From Monocercomonoides exilis PA203 (Eukaryota > Protista > Preaxostyla), in contig LSRY02000018.1 of NCBI GenBank assembly GCA_001643675.2, forward strand, positions 558,001-622,000: a stretch of 64,000 nucleotides of DNA. The letters run 5' to 3'. The position numbers and the translations under genes were made by a program. Under the pieces are notes generated by a model, which was not told the DNA's origin, did not search any database, and saw only the letters and a list, made by a program, of their open reading frames with translations. Shown here piece after piece: positions 1-11,389 of this stretch (its first letter is position 1; each line of letters begins with the position of its first letter).

Positions 1-159
1 GCATTTGTCATCCTTATTGCTAATTACTTGCCCGGAAAACAATTCTGAAAAGATATGAACCTTTCAGTCATATTTCTCCTCAATAATGGAGCAAACTTGA
101 AAACTTTTCTTTTTGTTATTCATCATTTGGCACATCAAAATTAAAACTTATTCTGATTA

Positions 160-1330
160 TGGTTTAATCTTTGTGCATCAGATGGAACAACAAATAAATA
201 AACGAGATAATCTGTAAAGGTAAACATCTTTGATGACGAGCAAGAAGGGATAAATGTGACGACAAATCAAATGGATTTATTTGATAAATATCAGATGTTG
301 TTTAAAAAAGTTTTGGAAGTTTTCTCAAATATCATTTTTCTGATCAAAGATAAATCCCATATTCTTTTGTGTGGTCAATTCAGAACGAAAAAACGAAACT
401 TTGATGAAAACTGAAAGATGCTTCTGAGGAAACAACATCCGTTTTGTCATTCTCGCCATTTGACCATTGCTTTTATTTTCACATAAATATTTTTGGACAC
501 ACGATAAGGATAATGCATTCTGATTTTGATGACAATTCAAGTCTTTTGTTGAAGATGATTCATTCATTTCTGTGATAAATATTGACATTTGGCGTTTGGC
601 TTTTTTAATGAGCAACTCATTTTATTTGGAGGCCTTTGTGAAATTGTTCTGATGTTCTTGAAGGCTTTTGATACAAAAATCCTAAAAAATAAAATTAAGG
701 AGAATTCTTTTCAGTAGGAAATTTGCCCAAAAGAAGCCTTCTTTTGTTACGTTTATTTTTCGGATTGAGCACTCCAATATATTCAGTTGCAATTTGACAA
801 GGAGGTTAAAGAACATAGTTTATCACACATTTATTATGCTTTTGAATCAAGTTTTACTGAATTCCCTTGAAATGGAAAAGAAGAAAGAAGAAACCTTTCA
901 GAAGAAGGTTCAATACTTCAATCCAATCTTCAAAATTTTTCCGATATTGTTCATCTACACATTTGTGGAATCGCAAATCAGGTTTTTATCTGCCGTAGAA
1001 ACATTGAGAAATCTAACTGCAAAGACTATTCTTTTGAAATTCTATTTGATTCTGTTGAAAATCAATCTTTGAAAAAAGGACAAATATTGAGAATAGCAAT
1101 TGGATTAAGAAGCAAACAAAGATCAGCATATGAGCATGTCTTTTCAATTTGAGACGCATCCATTCTGAGAAAAATTGAAGAAATACGGCTGAATTTGTAG
1201 AGGGGAGGGAGGGCAATGAAACATTCACGTTATCATAGGATTGGGCTGTGAAAGAGCTGGCAGCGCGAAAAATAACATTTTATTGAAGAATATCTGATGA
1301 AAAGTCAACAACATCTTCAGAATTGGAAAT
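160..1330 (+). pseudogene. Highly degenerate hAT/ZNF862-like transposase remnant
   Basis: Broken frames give LCASDGTTNK (resembles the first catalytic Asp), SLSHIYYAF (resembles CxxH) and SQIRFLSAVETLRNL (resembles TRWLS), in the expected order. Many stops and frameshifts. Confidence 0.3.
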
Positions 1331-2154
1331 CTCTCGAAACTCAAAAAATGACTTTGTGGAAACGCTGAAGAATAAAAAGACATTTTTCCGAACAAGAACT
1401 TATTACCAGAAAAAATTCATTGCAATTGCATATATTAAAGGAATTTCAATGAAAAAGAAAAAAAGAAAGAAAGAAAGATGAACAAAAAAGAGAAGGCAAA
1501 GAAGAAATGAGAATATTTTCGAAAAATAAAGTGATTTTTTCGAAAAAGTTCTTTTTGCAGAGAAGAAAATTATGAAATCTGAAAACAAATTATGCAATTA
1601 TTGTTTGATGAATGAGCGAAGATTGTTGACAAAATAATAAAGATGTATTTTCATCTATGCTTTTGAAAAAAAAAATAAAAAACAAAATGGACAATGCAAA
1701 AGAACGAGGAAAATATGACAAAAGAGAAAAATAAAAATATGAGCCTTCTGTTTGTCTTGTGTGCATATGGATTACAAGTGATATTGAAAATGCAAACGCA
1801 ATCAAACTACTTCAGAATAAATAAAGGGAGATATGTTGATGGAGTGAATAAGTTGCTGGAAGAGATTAATGATGAGTGGAGGGAGATAAAAGGTGTTGTT
1901 GGAGAAGATGAGTGTGCTTCTGTAAAGTTAGCTGTTCATTCAGTTTGCAAATGAACTTTCATTATTTATTTATTTGTATTTTTATTGTTTCATTATTTTT
2001 TGTATTTTTCGATATTTTTTAAACTTTGTAACTTCGTCTTTATTCAATGAATGATCTTTAGTTGAATGAGAAGCTATTTAAAAAAAGAAATAAATGAAGA
2101 GTACTGTTACAAAAATGAAATTTTGAAATTTTTTTTCTTTTGTTCGACGAAATA

Positions 2155-4951
2155 CCATTGGTGCTATACCCGGAACTCAGTGCCAAACCCGGAACTGAAT
2201 GTCCCTCTGATTTGAGTTTCAGTACAGCCTCTATCTTGTGTTTATTTCATTTTTGCAACATTTGGATCGATTATTTTCGATTAATGAATGAAAACAAATG
2301 AAAGCAATTGTGTTATTTTGTTTGGTTCATCAGAAAAAAGACTCCCTAATCTGGAGAGTTTCAAGTTGAAAAGAGAATGATTTGATTTATTTTCTATGAA
2401 TTCAGGAAATATTTGGAAAAAATGATAATCAAACATATATTATTTTCGTTGTTTGCTTTTTAGAAACTTGTTGCATTCCACATCTTTGTTTGTTCTTTTT
2501 TAAATGGATAAAATGGACTGCATTGTTTTTCTGATGAAAGCAATTATGTTGAATATGAGACATGCGAAAACAAGAAAACTGAAAAAAAGACAAAACAATC
2601 AAGAGGAACTGATTCCAACAGAGCACAGTGATGATTATTGAATTATCCGAAAACCCAGATTTAGTAATCAGCACTTCTCTTTTCTGTCACCTTGTGATTT
2701 GGAATGAATTATTTTTCTTATTTCAAGCTCTCTTTTTGAAAAAACAGGAGATAGCGATCTTTGGTGGCTCAATTTCTTTCTGAATTGATGTCTTTTTTGG
2801 CTTTGATTGGTTTCGTTTTCTTCTTCTTCTTCTTTCCTGATTCTTTTTCGACGATTCAGAATCTTTTTCTTCGAAGGATTATTTGAAGAATCAAAAAGCT
2901 TTTTGAGATCATCATGACTTTGTTTTGAATTTTGTGATGAGCGTTGACTGTTGGTGCATTGTGATTCAAATACTTTCATTTGAGAACGAAGAATTAATAA
3001 ATTGTTTTCAGCTTCCTGTATTTGACGTTGAATCTCTTTCAACGATGTAACTTTCGAATTAAACTGAGATTTGAGAGGAGGTGCTTCTTTGGATAATTTG
3101 GATGATTTTGTAGAACGAACAGGTGATTGTTTGACTGATAATGGCTTTTGCACTTTTTGGAAGTCAGTAGTCACGGATTGGGCTAATTCATGTTCGCTAG
3201 CTGTTGGGTTTTCGAGATCTTTCTTTGGAGAAAAATCTCCGAATAAATTATTTTTCCATGAATCAGAAGATGCTTTCTTAGTATTTTTCTCACTTGACGA
3301 AGAGATAGGAGAACCTGATATTCTTGTTAGAACAGAAGAAGCCGCAATAGGCCACACTCCAGTTCTGACATAAGATGCTTTCACAGTTGAAGGAGTTATT
3401 GCAGCTGCTACAGCATCAGGAAGTGCATTTGCGAGAGCAGATCTATAAGCACTCAAAGAAAACTTGGAAGGAGGGCAAAACTTGTTGTAGAGAGTGAACT
3501 TTAAACGAGAAAAAACATAAGAATCACATGGCTGCAGTAAATGAGTCATGTTTGGAGGAAATTTCAGAATAACAATATTATTCTTTGTGGCTTCCCTTGT
3601 CACTAATTCATCATCATGTGATCTGTGATTGTCCATCAGTAGAAGAGCTTTTTTAGTTGAAGTAGGTTTAACTTTGGAGGTAATCAGAGGAATCCAGCAG
3701 CCGATCATTATTTCTCTGAAAATCTCTTTCGTTATCCATCCTGATGAAGAGTAAATGTAACGAATATCAAAAGCTGACAACGAAGAGAATTCATCCGGAG
3801 TTTCTTTTCTGGGCCACAACAAAAATCTTGGAAGAGAAGATCCGTCCGCGCATATACACAAGCACAATGTAGCATTTGGAACTTTTGGGGGTTTAGGCGG
3901 AGAAGGAGGAATCTGGTTTTTCATACAAACCACAAGTTTCATTGTTGTTTCACCGCAGCTTAAAGAAGTTTCATCGAAATTGAAGATTGTTGATGAATCA
4001 ATATTATGCTTTTTGATAACTTCATCTAAGTCCAAAAACCATTTCTGAATATTTTCCGGTGACTGAGCTGAAATTTTTGACATTTCCATTGGTCTGGATA
4101 AAGCCGATTGTAATACTTCACTTCTTTTAATAAGTTTGTAAGCATATTTGCAGTTTACTGTTTTTGGAATTTGCTTTTCGTCACATTCTTTTTCCAGCAG
4201 ATCAACGCACTAAATTAATATTGAAAAGAAATCTAATGCAAATGAAAATTGATAATTAAAAAAAACCATCGATTGAATATCTTTAACTCGAACAATCGTA
4301 TCTTCAGATAACATTGCCATAACCTGATTTTCAATGGTTTCAAGCTGACTTTTGGATATTGATAGTGGATGACCTTCTTTTCCAACAACTCTACCAGACT
4401 TTTCCGCTTTGATTCCCCGATACCATGCGCTTTTCGAAATAGCTCCTGATTCAATTGCTGTTTTGAAATTGACAGCATTTTTGCGTTTGATTTCGAAAAC
4501 TTTTTGGCTTGCCGATTTTATATTTCTAAATTCACTTAAGGCAAGTGTACGTCTGAGCTGCAGAGGTGAAAGTTGCTGTTTATTTTCCATGGTTAAGGGT
4601 TTCGATCAATAATTCAATACAAGTTGCAGATGGCTTTTAAATCATGAAGATGTCTAAAGTAGAAAATGACTAACGGTAATTTCAAACAATTTGTTTTTGA
4701 CAACAAAATATTCTGCATCTTGTTAATTTGCGAAAAAAAGAACAAATTGAAAGAGAAGCATTTGGAGTTGCTAATACTTCTCAATAAAACAAAGATACTT
4801 AACCTATTCAACATTTATTTCCGGAAAATGAATGTATGGATTCTATTGTACAAGACAGAAGTGTTTTTGAACAATGAATAAGCTTCTCTGATTTTCAAAA
4901 GAATAATTCAGTTCCGGGTTTGGCACTGAGTTCCGGGTATAGCACCAATGG
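2155..4951 (-). mobile_element. pogo/Fot1-like (Tc1/mariner superfamily) DNA transposon, full length
   Basis: Perfect 46-bp TIRs at 2155-2200 (CCATTGGTGCTATACCCGGAACTCAGTGCCAAACCCGGAACTGAAT) and 4906-4951. TA on both flanks (2153-2154, 4952-4953). Encloses a DDE_1 transposase gene. Confidence 0.95.
2668..4590 (-). CDS. pogo-type DD35D transposase, two exons (4590-4267, 4209-2668), about 621 aa
   Basis: Motifs FNFDET, LLLMDNHRSH and PPNMTHLLQPCD, with 35 residues between D2 and D3. Removing a 57-nt GT..AG intron (4266-4210) joins the 126-aa and 473-aa ORFs in frame without stops. Confidence 0.9.
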
Positions 4952-5412
4952 TAATTCAATTTCAAGTGACAAATTGTAATTTTTAAGATATTTTATTTTT
5001 AAAAAATAACTAAATAGAAATGATATGGATCAACCAAATTTGAATTGTTCATTCTTCGTTTTGATTAGAATTTTGTTATTTTTATGTATTTTAGTAAAAC
5101 GGTATTTGAAATAACTTATCAAAAAATATTTTTGTATTTATTTGTTTAAGATCTTAATTTTTTGTTGAAAGTTGTTTTTTTGCATGGACATTCAATTTTT
5201 GGTGAAGAAATTTGTTCAATGTTGAATTCTTTTTATTGAAGTATTAAATAATGGTTGTAATTTTTTCACCAAATTCGGATTAATTTGATCAATTAAATTG
5301 AAAATTGTATGTAACTTTGTTTAAATCAAAATGTTTTACGTAATTATATTAATTTATGCTTTATTGCTATTTATATATTTATTTCTCGAATGTTAATTCG
5401 TTTTAAGAAGTT

Positions 5413-6045
5413 ATGGACGGATTTCATCAAAAAAGAGCCAGCATCACTGTGAAGGATGTTCCAGCTGATAAATTCATTAAAACACTTGCAAAACACTTCA
5501 AAAATACAGGCGCAGTTGAAATGCCAGCATGGGGAGATTACTGCAAAACAGCTTCATTAAAGGAACTCGCTCCAATTGATCCTGATTGGTATTTTATTCG
5601 AGCAGGTTTGACCTTTTATCGATTTGGAAACTTCAATCAAATGTGATATTTTCTTGAAACTTTTGAATTTCCATTTTGCTTATAAAACTATTTAAGCATC
5701 AATTGCAAGAAAAATTTATATTCGTCAAGGAACAGGAGTTGGTGCATTAAAAGATGTGTATGGTTGCACAGTTGACCGTGGAACTATGCCATGCCACCAC
5801 GGAACAGCTTCTGGAAAAATCATTCGCCTCATTATCCACCAATTGGAGAAAGCAAAGCTTCTTGAGCCAGTTCCAGGGTATACTCATTCAATTTATTGAA
5901 TATAAATTTTTCTTAAAACGTTATTCTTTATTTTTTTTATCTTTATTTTTTTTAAAGAAAATTTGGTGGACGTCGTGTGACCCAACAAGGACGTGAAAGT
6001 CTCGATCGTATTGCATGCCAAGTTGTTTCAAAGAAAAAGCATTAA
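5413..6045 (+). CDS. RPS19: 40S ribosomal protein S19 (eS19), exons 5413-5605, 5697-5877, 5958-6045
   Basis: Spliced product contains [42 protein letters not shown] and GRRVTQQGRESLDRIA. Introns 5606-5696 and 5878-5957 are GT..AG and restore the frame. Stop is TAA. Confidence 0.97.
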
Positions 6046-6281
6046 ATTTTTTTTTTCCAATTCCTTCACGAATGTTGAACCTTTTATGGTTGAAGTTCAG
6101 ATGTTGAATCCATTTCAATGAAACACAATTATAATTCAAAAATTTCAATTTTTTGTTTTCTCTTGAATGAACAGTCATCAAGTATTGCAAGCTCGCATTG
6201 CTTCACGTCAATGCGTTTGGGAACATTTTCAATGAAGGTTGTATCATCAATTTGTTAAAGTTCCCATTACAAAAGTTAAAT

Positions 6282-7093
6282 ATGAAAACTGAAACAGAAC
6301 TTGAGTTTTTATCCATTGAAATTATCGCATTCATTGATGAGATCACTAAATGGATAGAATATATGGAGAAACTTCAATGCATGGATCTTCAGCAAGTTAT
6401 TCAAATTGATTCAGCCAATCTCCGCAGATTCGATATTCTGAAGGAATTCATTGAAAATTTTGGATTAAAAATTCAAGAACTTGACAACAAAGCTAAGGCA
6501 GAATTCTTTCGAGAAAAAAAATTCGAATTTGACCAGCTTTTCAAAAGGTATTTGAAGTTTTTATTTTTTATTAATAATAACAACAACAGTCTTCAACAAC
6601 AGCACACCCAAGCGAAGATTAAAGAACTTCAACATATACAAAATGAAGCTATGAAAGAGAGAAAACGCTTGATTGATGGAGATGAAAGCGCTTTAGTTCG
6701 ACGAAGAGCAAAACTGGACCCAGTTAATCTTAAAGAAGAAACAACAAAAACTCTGAAGCGAATACAAGACGTTTGCATTTTTTATTTTTCATTTTTATGT
6801 ATCTTTCATAAATTGTGTATGTTCTTTAGATGATGGATATTTCTGTACAGGCAACAAAAGAAGCTCAAAACACATTTCATGGATCTTCTGCAACTGTTCG
6901 CTCAACAATGATTCGTTCATCACAGTTTCAATTCGCAGTTGGGAAAGCTAGACAAGCAATGGAAGAATGGTGGAAAATGATAGGCTCAGAAGATCGATGG
7001 TATTACGGATCTTTACTATTTTTCAGTTTTGTTGTGATACTGATTGTCATTCGTCGGGTTCCAATTGCTTTGTATTCAAAGAAAGATCTATAA
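6282..7093 (+). CDS. SEC20: Sec20/BNIP1-like tail-anchored SNARE
   Basis: Coiled-coil N-terminus. Intron 6771-6829 (GTTTG..TAG) joins TKTLKRIQD to MMDISVQATKEAQNTFHGSSATV...DRWYYGSLLFFSFVVILIVIRRVP, a Sec20-type SNARE helix, transmembrane segment and RR tail. A second 42-nt intron at 6548-6589 is probable. Confidence 0.7.
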
Positions 7094-7521
7094 CAATATC
7101 TTCATTTTTCCTTGTTCAAAAAATATATCATAACGCACAACAACAATTTTTGTCTCATTTCAGTTTTTCGTTTTATTTACTATTTTTATAATAATTTTTT
7201 TCATTTTTTGAGATTTTATGAAAAAGCATATTTGTGATTCTTCGGAATTAATTACCATTATAATATTTTCAAATGAAAACCATATTATAAATTTTTCATT
7301 CCGAGATATTTATTTTTTATCCACGAAATGTCCGTTGTATCAATGCAAGCAAATGTGACGGTTCCTCATTTAATGGATTTTTGTTCGCATCTTATCACTC
7401 CTCGTACATTTATTGAGTTTGAAGATTTTAATAATTCTTTAACTTTTTAAATCTAATAAATATTTTTCTGATATATATTGTTTTTTATAATTCGGAATTT
7501 GGCGTCTTTTAAAGTTCGGCT

Positions 7522-8169
7522 TTGATCGCTTCACAGTATCAGTCGGATAATTCATTCGAAAATTCTTCATCAACTTCCTCCGAACAACATTTTATTGAAA
7601 TGCCCTCATCACCTTCTGAATTTAGTCAATATAACTTTGACAAATCGATTGAAATTGCTGATGATCAACATATACAACCAATTGCCGAAACTATTACAGT
7701 TCTTCTTTCAATTTCAATGCCAAATCTACTTACGATTATCCCGGAAACTGGAGAAATGGCCCTTACGGATGAAGGAGTGACAATGTCCGCGAAAGTTAAA
7801 CATTTTTTCCAATTTGTTAGGCAATATTCAAAGCTAACTATTGGTGAGTTACTTCATATCACTGTTTTACTTACTCGATTACTTTCAAATGAGGCTGAAT
7901 TAATACGAGACGGAAAAGTTTCAATTGTATCTGAAGCAAATCTTGGCACTCTCTTGCTTTGTTCAACGCTTATTGCTGTTAAAATGGAAAGAGATATTCC
8001 TTACAGAAACAGTTGGTGGGCAAAGATGTTTGGAGTACCTCTTCACATTTTAAATCAGTCCGAAAGGATTTTCCTTCAAAAGATTGATTATAATTGCACT
8101 GTTTCCGATGGTGAATTCTTAGATATGTATCAAAAATTCATTATGAACACTGATACTCCCGACGAATAG
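7522..8169 (+). CDS. Pho80/Pcl (P/U-type) cyclin-like protein; 5' exon uncertain (possible ATG at 7328)
   Basis: LLLCSTLIAVKMERDIPYRNSWWAKMFGVPLHILNQSERIFLQKIDYNCTVS fits the Pho80-family cyclin-box pattern (AxKxxxDxxYxNxxWAKxxG...LNxxExxFL). Confidence 0.75.
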   Translation: MIASQYQSDNSFENSSSTSSEQHFIEMPSSPSEFSQYNFDKSIEIADDQHIQPIAETITVLLSISMPNLLTIIPETGEMALTDEGVTMSAKVKHFFQFVRQYSKLTIGELLHITVLLTRLLSNEAELIRDGKVSIVSEANLGTLLLCSTLIAVKMERDIPYRNSWWAKMFGVPLHILNQSERIFLQKIDYNCTVSDGEFLDMYQKFIMNTDTPDE

Positions 8170-9660
8170 TTACTATTTCTTTTTATTTGATTCATGAACA
8201 TTTATTCAAACAACACTTTAAAGTATCTTCATTTCTTCAAATAGTCATTTCAATACTCTTCTCAATTTGAGATGCTTTATTTTCGAAATCGTCTTCTTTT
8301 TCGTTTTTTGAGTTAATATTATTATATATACAAAAAGCTTCTTGTGGTTTTTTATTAGATGATTCAGCATTTATTAAATTTTTTTTTATTTTTTTCAATT
8401 ACATTTTAATTTTTTTTTTATTTGCGTATAATTTTCGTTATGTGTTCTGTATTATGATTCATTTTATTTGTTTTAAAAGTGAGAACTTGTTTAATATTAT
8501 GTGTATTAGCTTTTAAAAATTTTTTTTATTTTCAATAAATGAAAAATTAACGAAGTTGCATTTGATTATGAAATACTGTTCAAAGTGATATCATTTAACA
8601 AATAATGATAACTAGTTCGTTATAATTGTCAGCTTGTAATACAGAAATAAAAAGAAAAATCATTATTTACAAACACAAATTATATTTGAATTTATCGGTA
8701 AAAATTGTTTTTTGAGATTTTCTTTTTTATTTTTTGAAATTAAGTTGTTTTGTCATTTAGTTTCTTCGATGAAAACTTAAAAATAAAAATGTCAAAATCA
8801 TATTGAGTATTGAAAAATGAATCTTCTGAAATTATATGAAAACAAATCAAATGAAATAAAAAATGTAAATGTTATCCTTCGGATTTAGAAAATTCTCAAA
8901 ACAAATACTCACTGAAAGTTTCAAATGTTTGATGGGATAATAATTTTCGTTGTATGAGTTTTGTTCTACACAGTTCTTTTTAAGATTTTTTTCGATTTTT
9001 TATATTTTTTAAATTTATTTTGCACGATTATGTCAGAATGATAATCATATGATTACAGAAAAAGTTTGGAACAAATCATTGTATTTTTAATAAATAAATG
9101 AAATCTGTCCCAAATACTCTCTTTCAAAAAACCAGATTATCATTTTCCAGTTTTGACATCTCATTCAAAAAAAGGCTCCATTTGACAAATATTTGCATTC
9201 AAATGAACGAGAAAAAAATTTTTAAAAAAAAACGATAATTTGTTCCAAAATCTTTCTGAAACATTTTTGGACAAAATATTTCACTTCAGGCATTTTCATT
9301 GAAAAGTTATGCACTTTTCATAAACTTTTTGAGATCAAATAACATAAATAAAATGGGTTCATTTTTTGAAATTCGTGAAATGATACTGTGGTTAATTATT
9401 ATTTGATTTCAATGATCCCTATTTTAGGATATGAAAATCATATTTGTTTGGAAATCTAAGAAAGCAAAAAAAAGTTATGAGTGAAACAATTTTTTCATGC
9501 TTTGTAGAAAAAAAAAGCTTGAAAATCCGTATTTTCCCTCATTTATCAAAAAAAGTGATTTTGAAACGTTTCCACAATTTTTGATAACGCAAAAATATTT
9601 TTTTTATAATCAACATATGACAAATCAACATATTGTTTATAAAATAATATTTTCTATTTT

Positions 9661-9682
9661 GAAGATCAAACTCCCAACAATT

Positions 9683-9739
<57 letters not shown>

Positions 9740-9910
9740 CGACTGGATATGTTCGTTGAGGTATTTTTTGTCAAAGTTTGTCAGTGACCGTCACTGACGT
9801 TCACTGACAAAAAGGAAAATAATAAGTTTTCGAATATTATTATATAATTTTATCAAAAGTGCTTCTTTAAGTCTTTTGAAGTTTTCGCTATCATTTGTAT
9901 TGTTTTGATT
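9661..9910 (+). repeat. Dispersed repeat with 10-bp-periodic GTCAsTGAC motifs; homolog at about 49452-49650
   Basis: Collinear similarity (GATCAAACTCCCAA...GACTGGATATG...GTCAGTGACCGTCACTGACGTTCACTGACAAAA) with 49452-49650. This copy contains a T54 run (9684-9737). Confidence 0.7.
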
Positions 9911-9945
9911 CAATTTTTTAAAATCAAAAAATGATATATATATAT

Positions 9946-10200
9946 GGGTGATTATTTTTGAAATCATATTTTTTCATTCAAAAATTTCGGTTCGAAATAT
10001 ATCTTGAATATAAATAAAAAAAAATTGAAAAGTTAAAAGGCTCATTGAAAACAATTTTATCTTTGATACAGTCAAAACACTTGATTTAAAAATCAATTAT
10101 CATGTTTCTTTCTTTGGAAATAAAAATTTCTTTCGAAAAACTTTCAATCTTTGAAATATCAAAGCCTCGAAAAAAGATATGATTTCAAAAATAATCACAC
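9946..10200. mobile_element. MITE-like unit A (255 bp)
   Basis: TIR GGGTGATTATTTTTGAAATCATAT ... ATATGATTTCAAAAATAATCACAC, flanked by (AT)n. Confidence 0.8.
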
Positions 10201-10206
10201 ATATAT

Positions 10207-10446
10207 GGGTGATTCTTTTTGAAAAGTCACAAATGTTTAATTTTCAAATAAATCAAAAATTTCATATCCTGAACAAATTTCGGTTCCCACTCATGCAACT
10301 TCACAGGAATGTGTTAGATAGCATTGTCATATTATGTCCTCCGCTTTGGTAAAGTTACATGAGCGGGAACCGAAATATGATCAAGATATGAATTTTTTGA
10401 TTTATTTGAATATTAAACATTTGTGACTTTTCAAAAAGAATATCCC
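10207..10446. mobile_element. MITE-like unit B (240 bp, largely palindromic)
   Basis: TIR GGGTGATTCTTTTTGAAAAGTCACAAATGTTTAA with its inverted copy. Inner arms TTTCGGTTCCCACTCAT / ATGAGCGGGAACCGAAA. Flanked by ATAT. Confidence 0.8.
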
Positions 10447-10576
10447 ATATATATATATATTATTTTTTTTATTTTTTATTTAATTTAATTTATTTTTGTT
10501 TTAAAATTTTTTTTTTTGGAGACAATTAAAATGTTTTGACAACTTTTCATTTTACAGAGGTCAAATTTTAATTATT

Positions 10577-10835
10577 TGGTGATTATTTTTGTAATCATAA
10601 CTTTTTTCGGGTTGTTGATTATTCAAAAATTGTTTGTCATTTGATAGAGATTTTGTATTTTTATGAAAAATTCCATCAAAACCATATTATACACAAATGT
10701 TAAAGCTAAAACAAAAATGAAAATATTTTTTTTATTTTCATTTTTCTAATTTTAGTGTTATGTTGTTAATATTTTTGTAAATTCTTCGAACCAAATATTT
10801 TGAAAGAAAAAATATGATTTCAAAAAAAATTTTAT
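10577..10835. mobile_element. Degenerate unit A copy, inverted orientation
   Basis: TGGTGATTATTTTTGTAATCATAACTTTTTTCGGG ... AATATGATTTCAAAAA. The interior is the reverse complement of unit A. Confidence 0.65.
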
Positions 10836-11389
10836 TATTTAATTTTGTTCTTTCGATTAATATTTTGCAAACATTATTTATGGAAAAAAAAAAATGGCAT
10901 CATTTTTTGGTTTTTGTGTGAGGTCACAAAACATAATGTTAATATCATCGATACCTATTCATGGATATAATTTAAAAAATAGAGAATCAAAGAAACAAAT
11001 AAATAAGAAATTAGATAAACAAAGATATTTTTATTTGTTCAAAAAAGCTTGAAAGCCCGTTTTTAAACCCATATATAGCAATATCTGGCTTGAATTTTCA
11101 AATATATATTTGGAATTCGTAAAAAACGAGATGAAAAAGTGCGACAATTATTCTCACAAATTTTTTATCAAAAACATATGATTCCGTTCAATATTTGCGA
11201 GTAGATTCTTTTTATTCAAACACAATTAATTGTTGTTTATCATTTTTATATCTGTTATCATGTATGTGCACAGAACTAATTGGAACCATTCAATTTTTAA
11301 TGAACGAGCGAAATGCCTTTTTCTTGGATTGAAAAGAACCTTTGTCAAATTTGCAATGTTTTCTCAAAATGATACCATAATCCATGATA

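Noticed and set aside
5413-6045. TAA/TAG = Gln code, as in some oxymonads and diplomonads
   Set aside because: RPS19 ends at TAA at the expected C-terminus, and intact exons contain no in-frame TAR.
9684-9737. Poly(A) tail of a retroposon
   Set aside because: Sequence on both sides is collinear with the copy at about 49452-49650, which lacks the run. No TSD.
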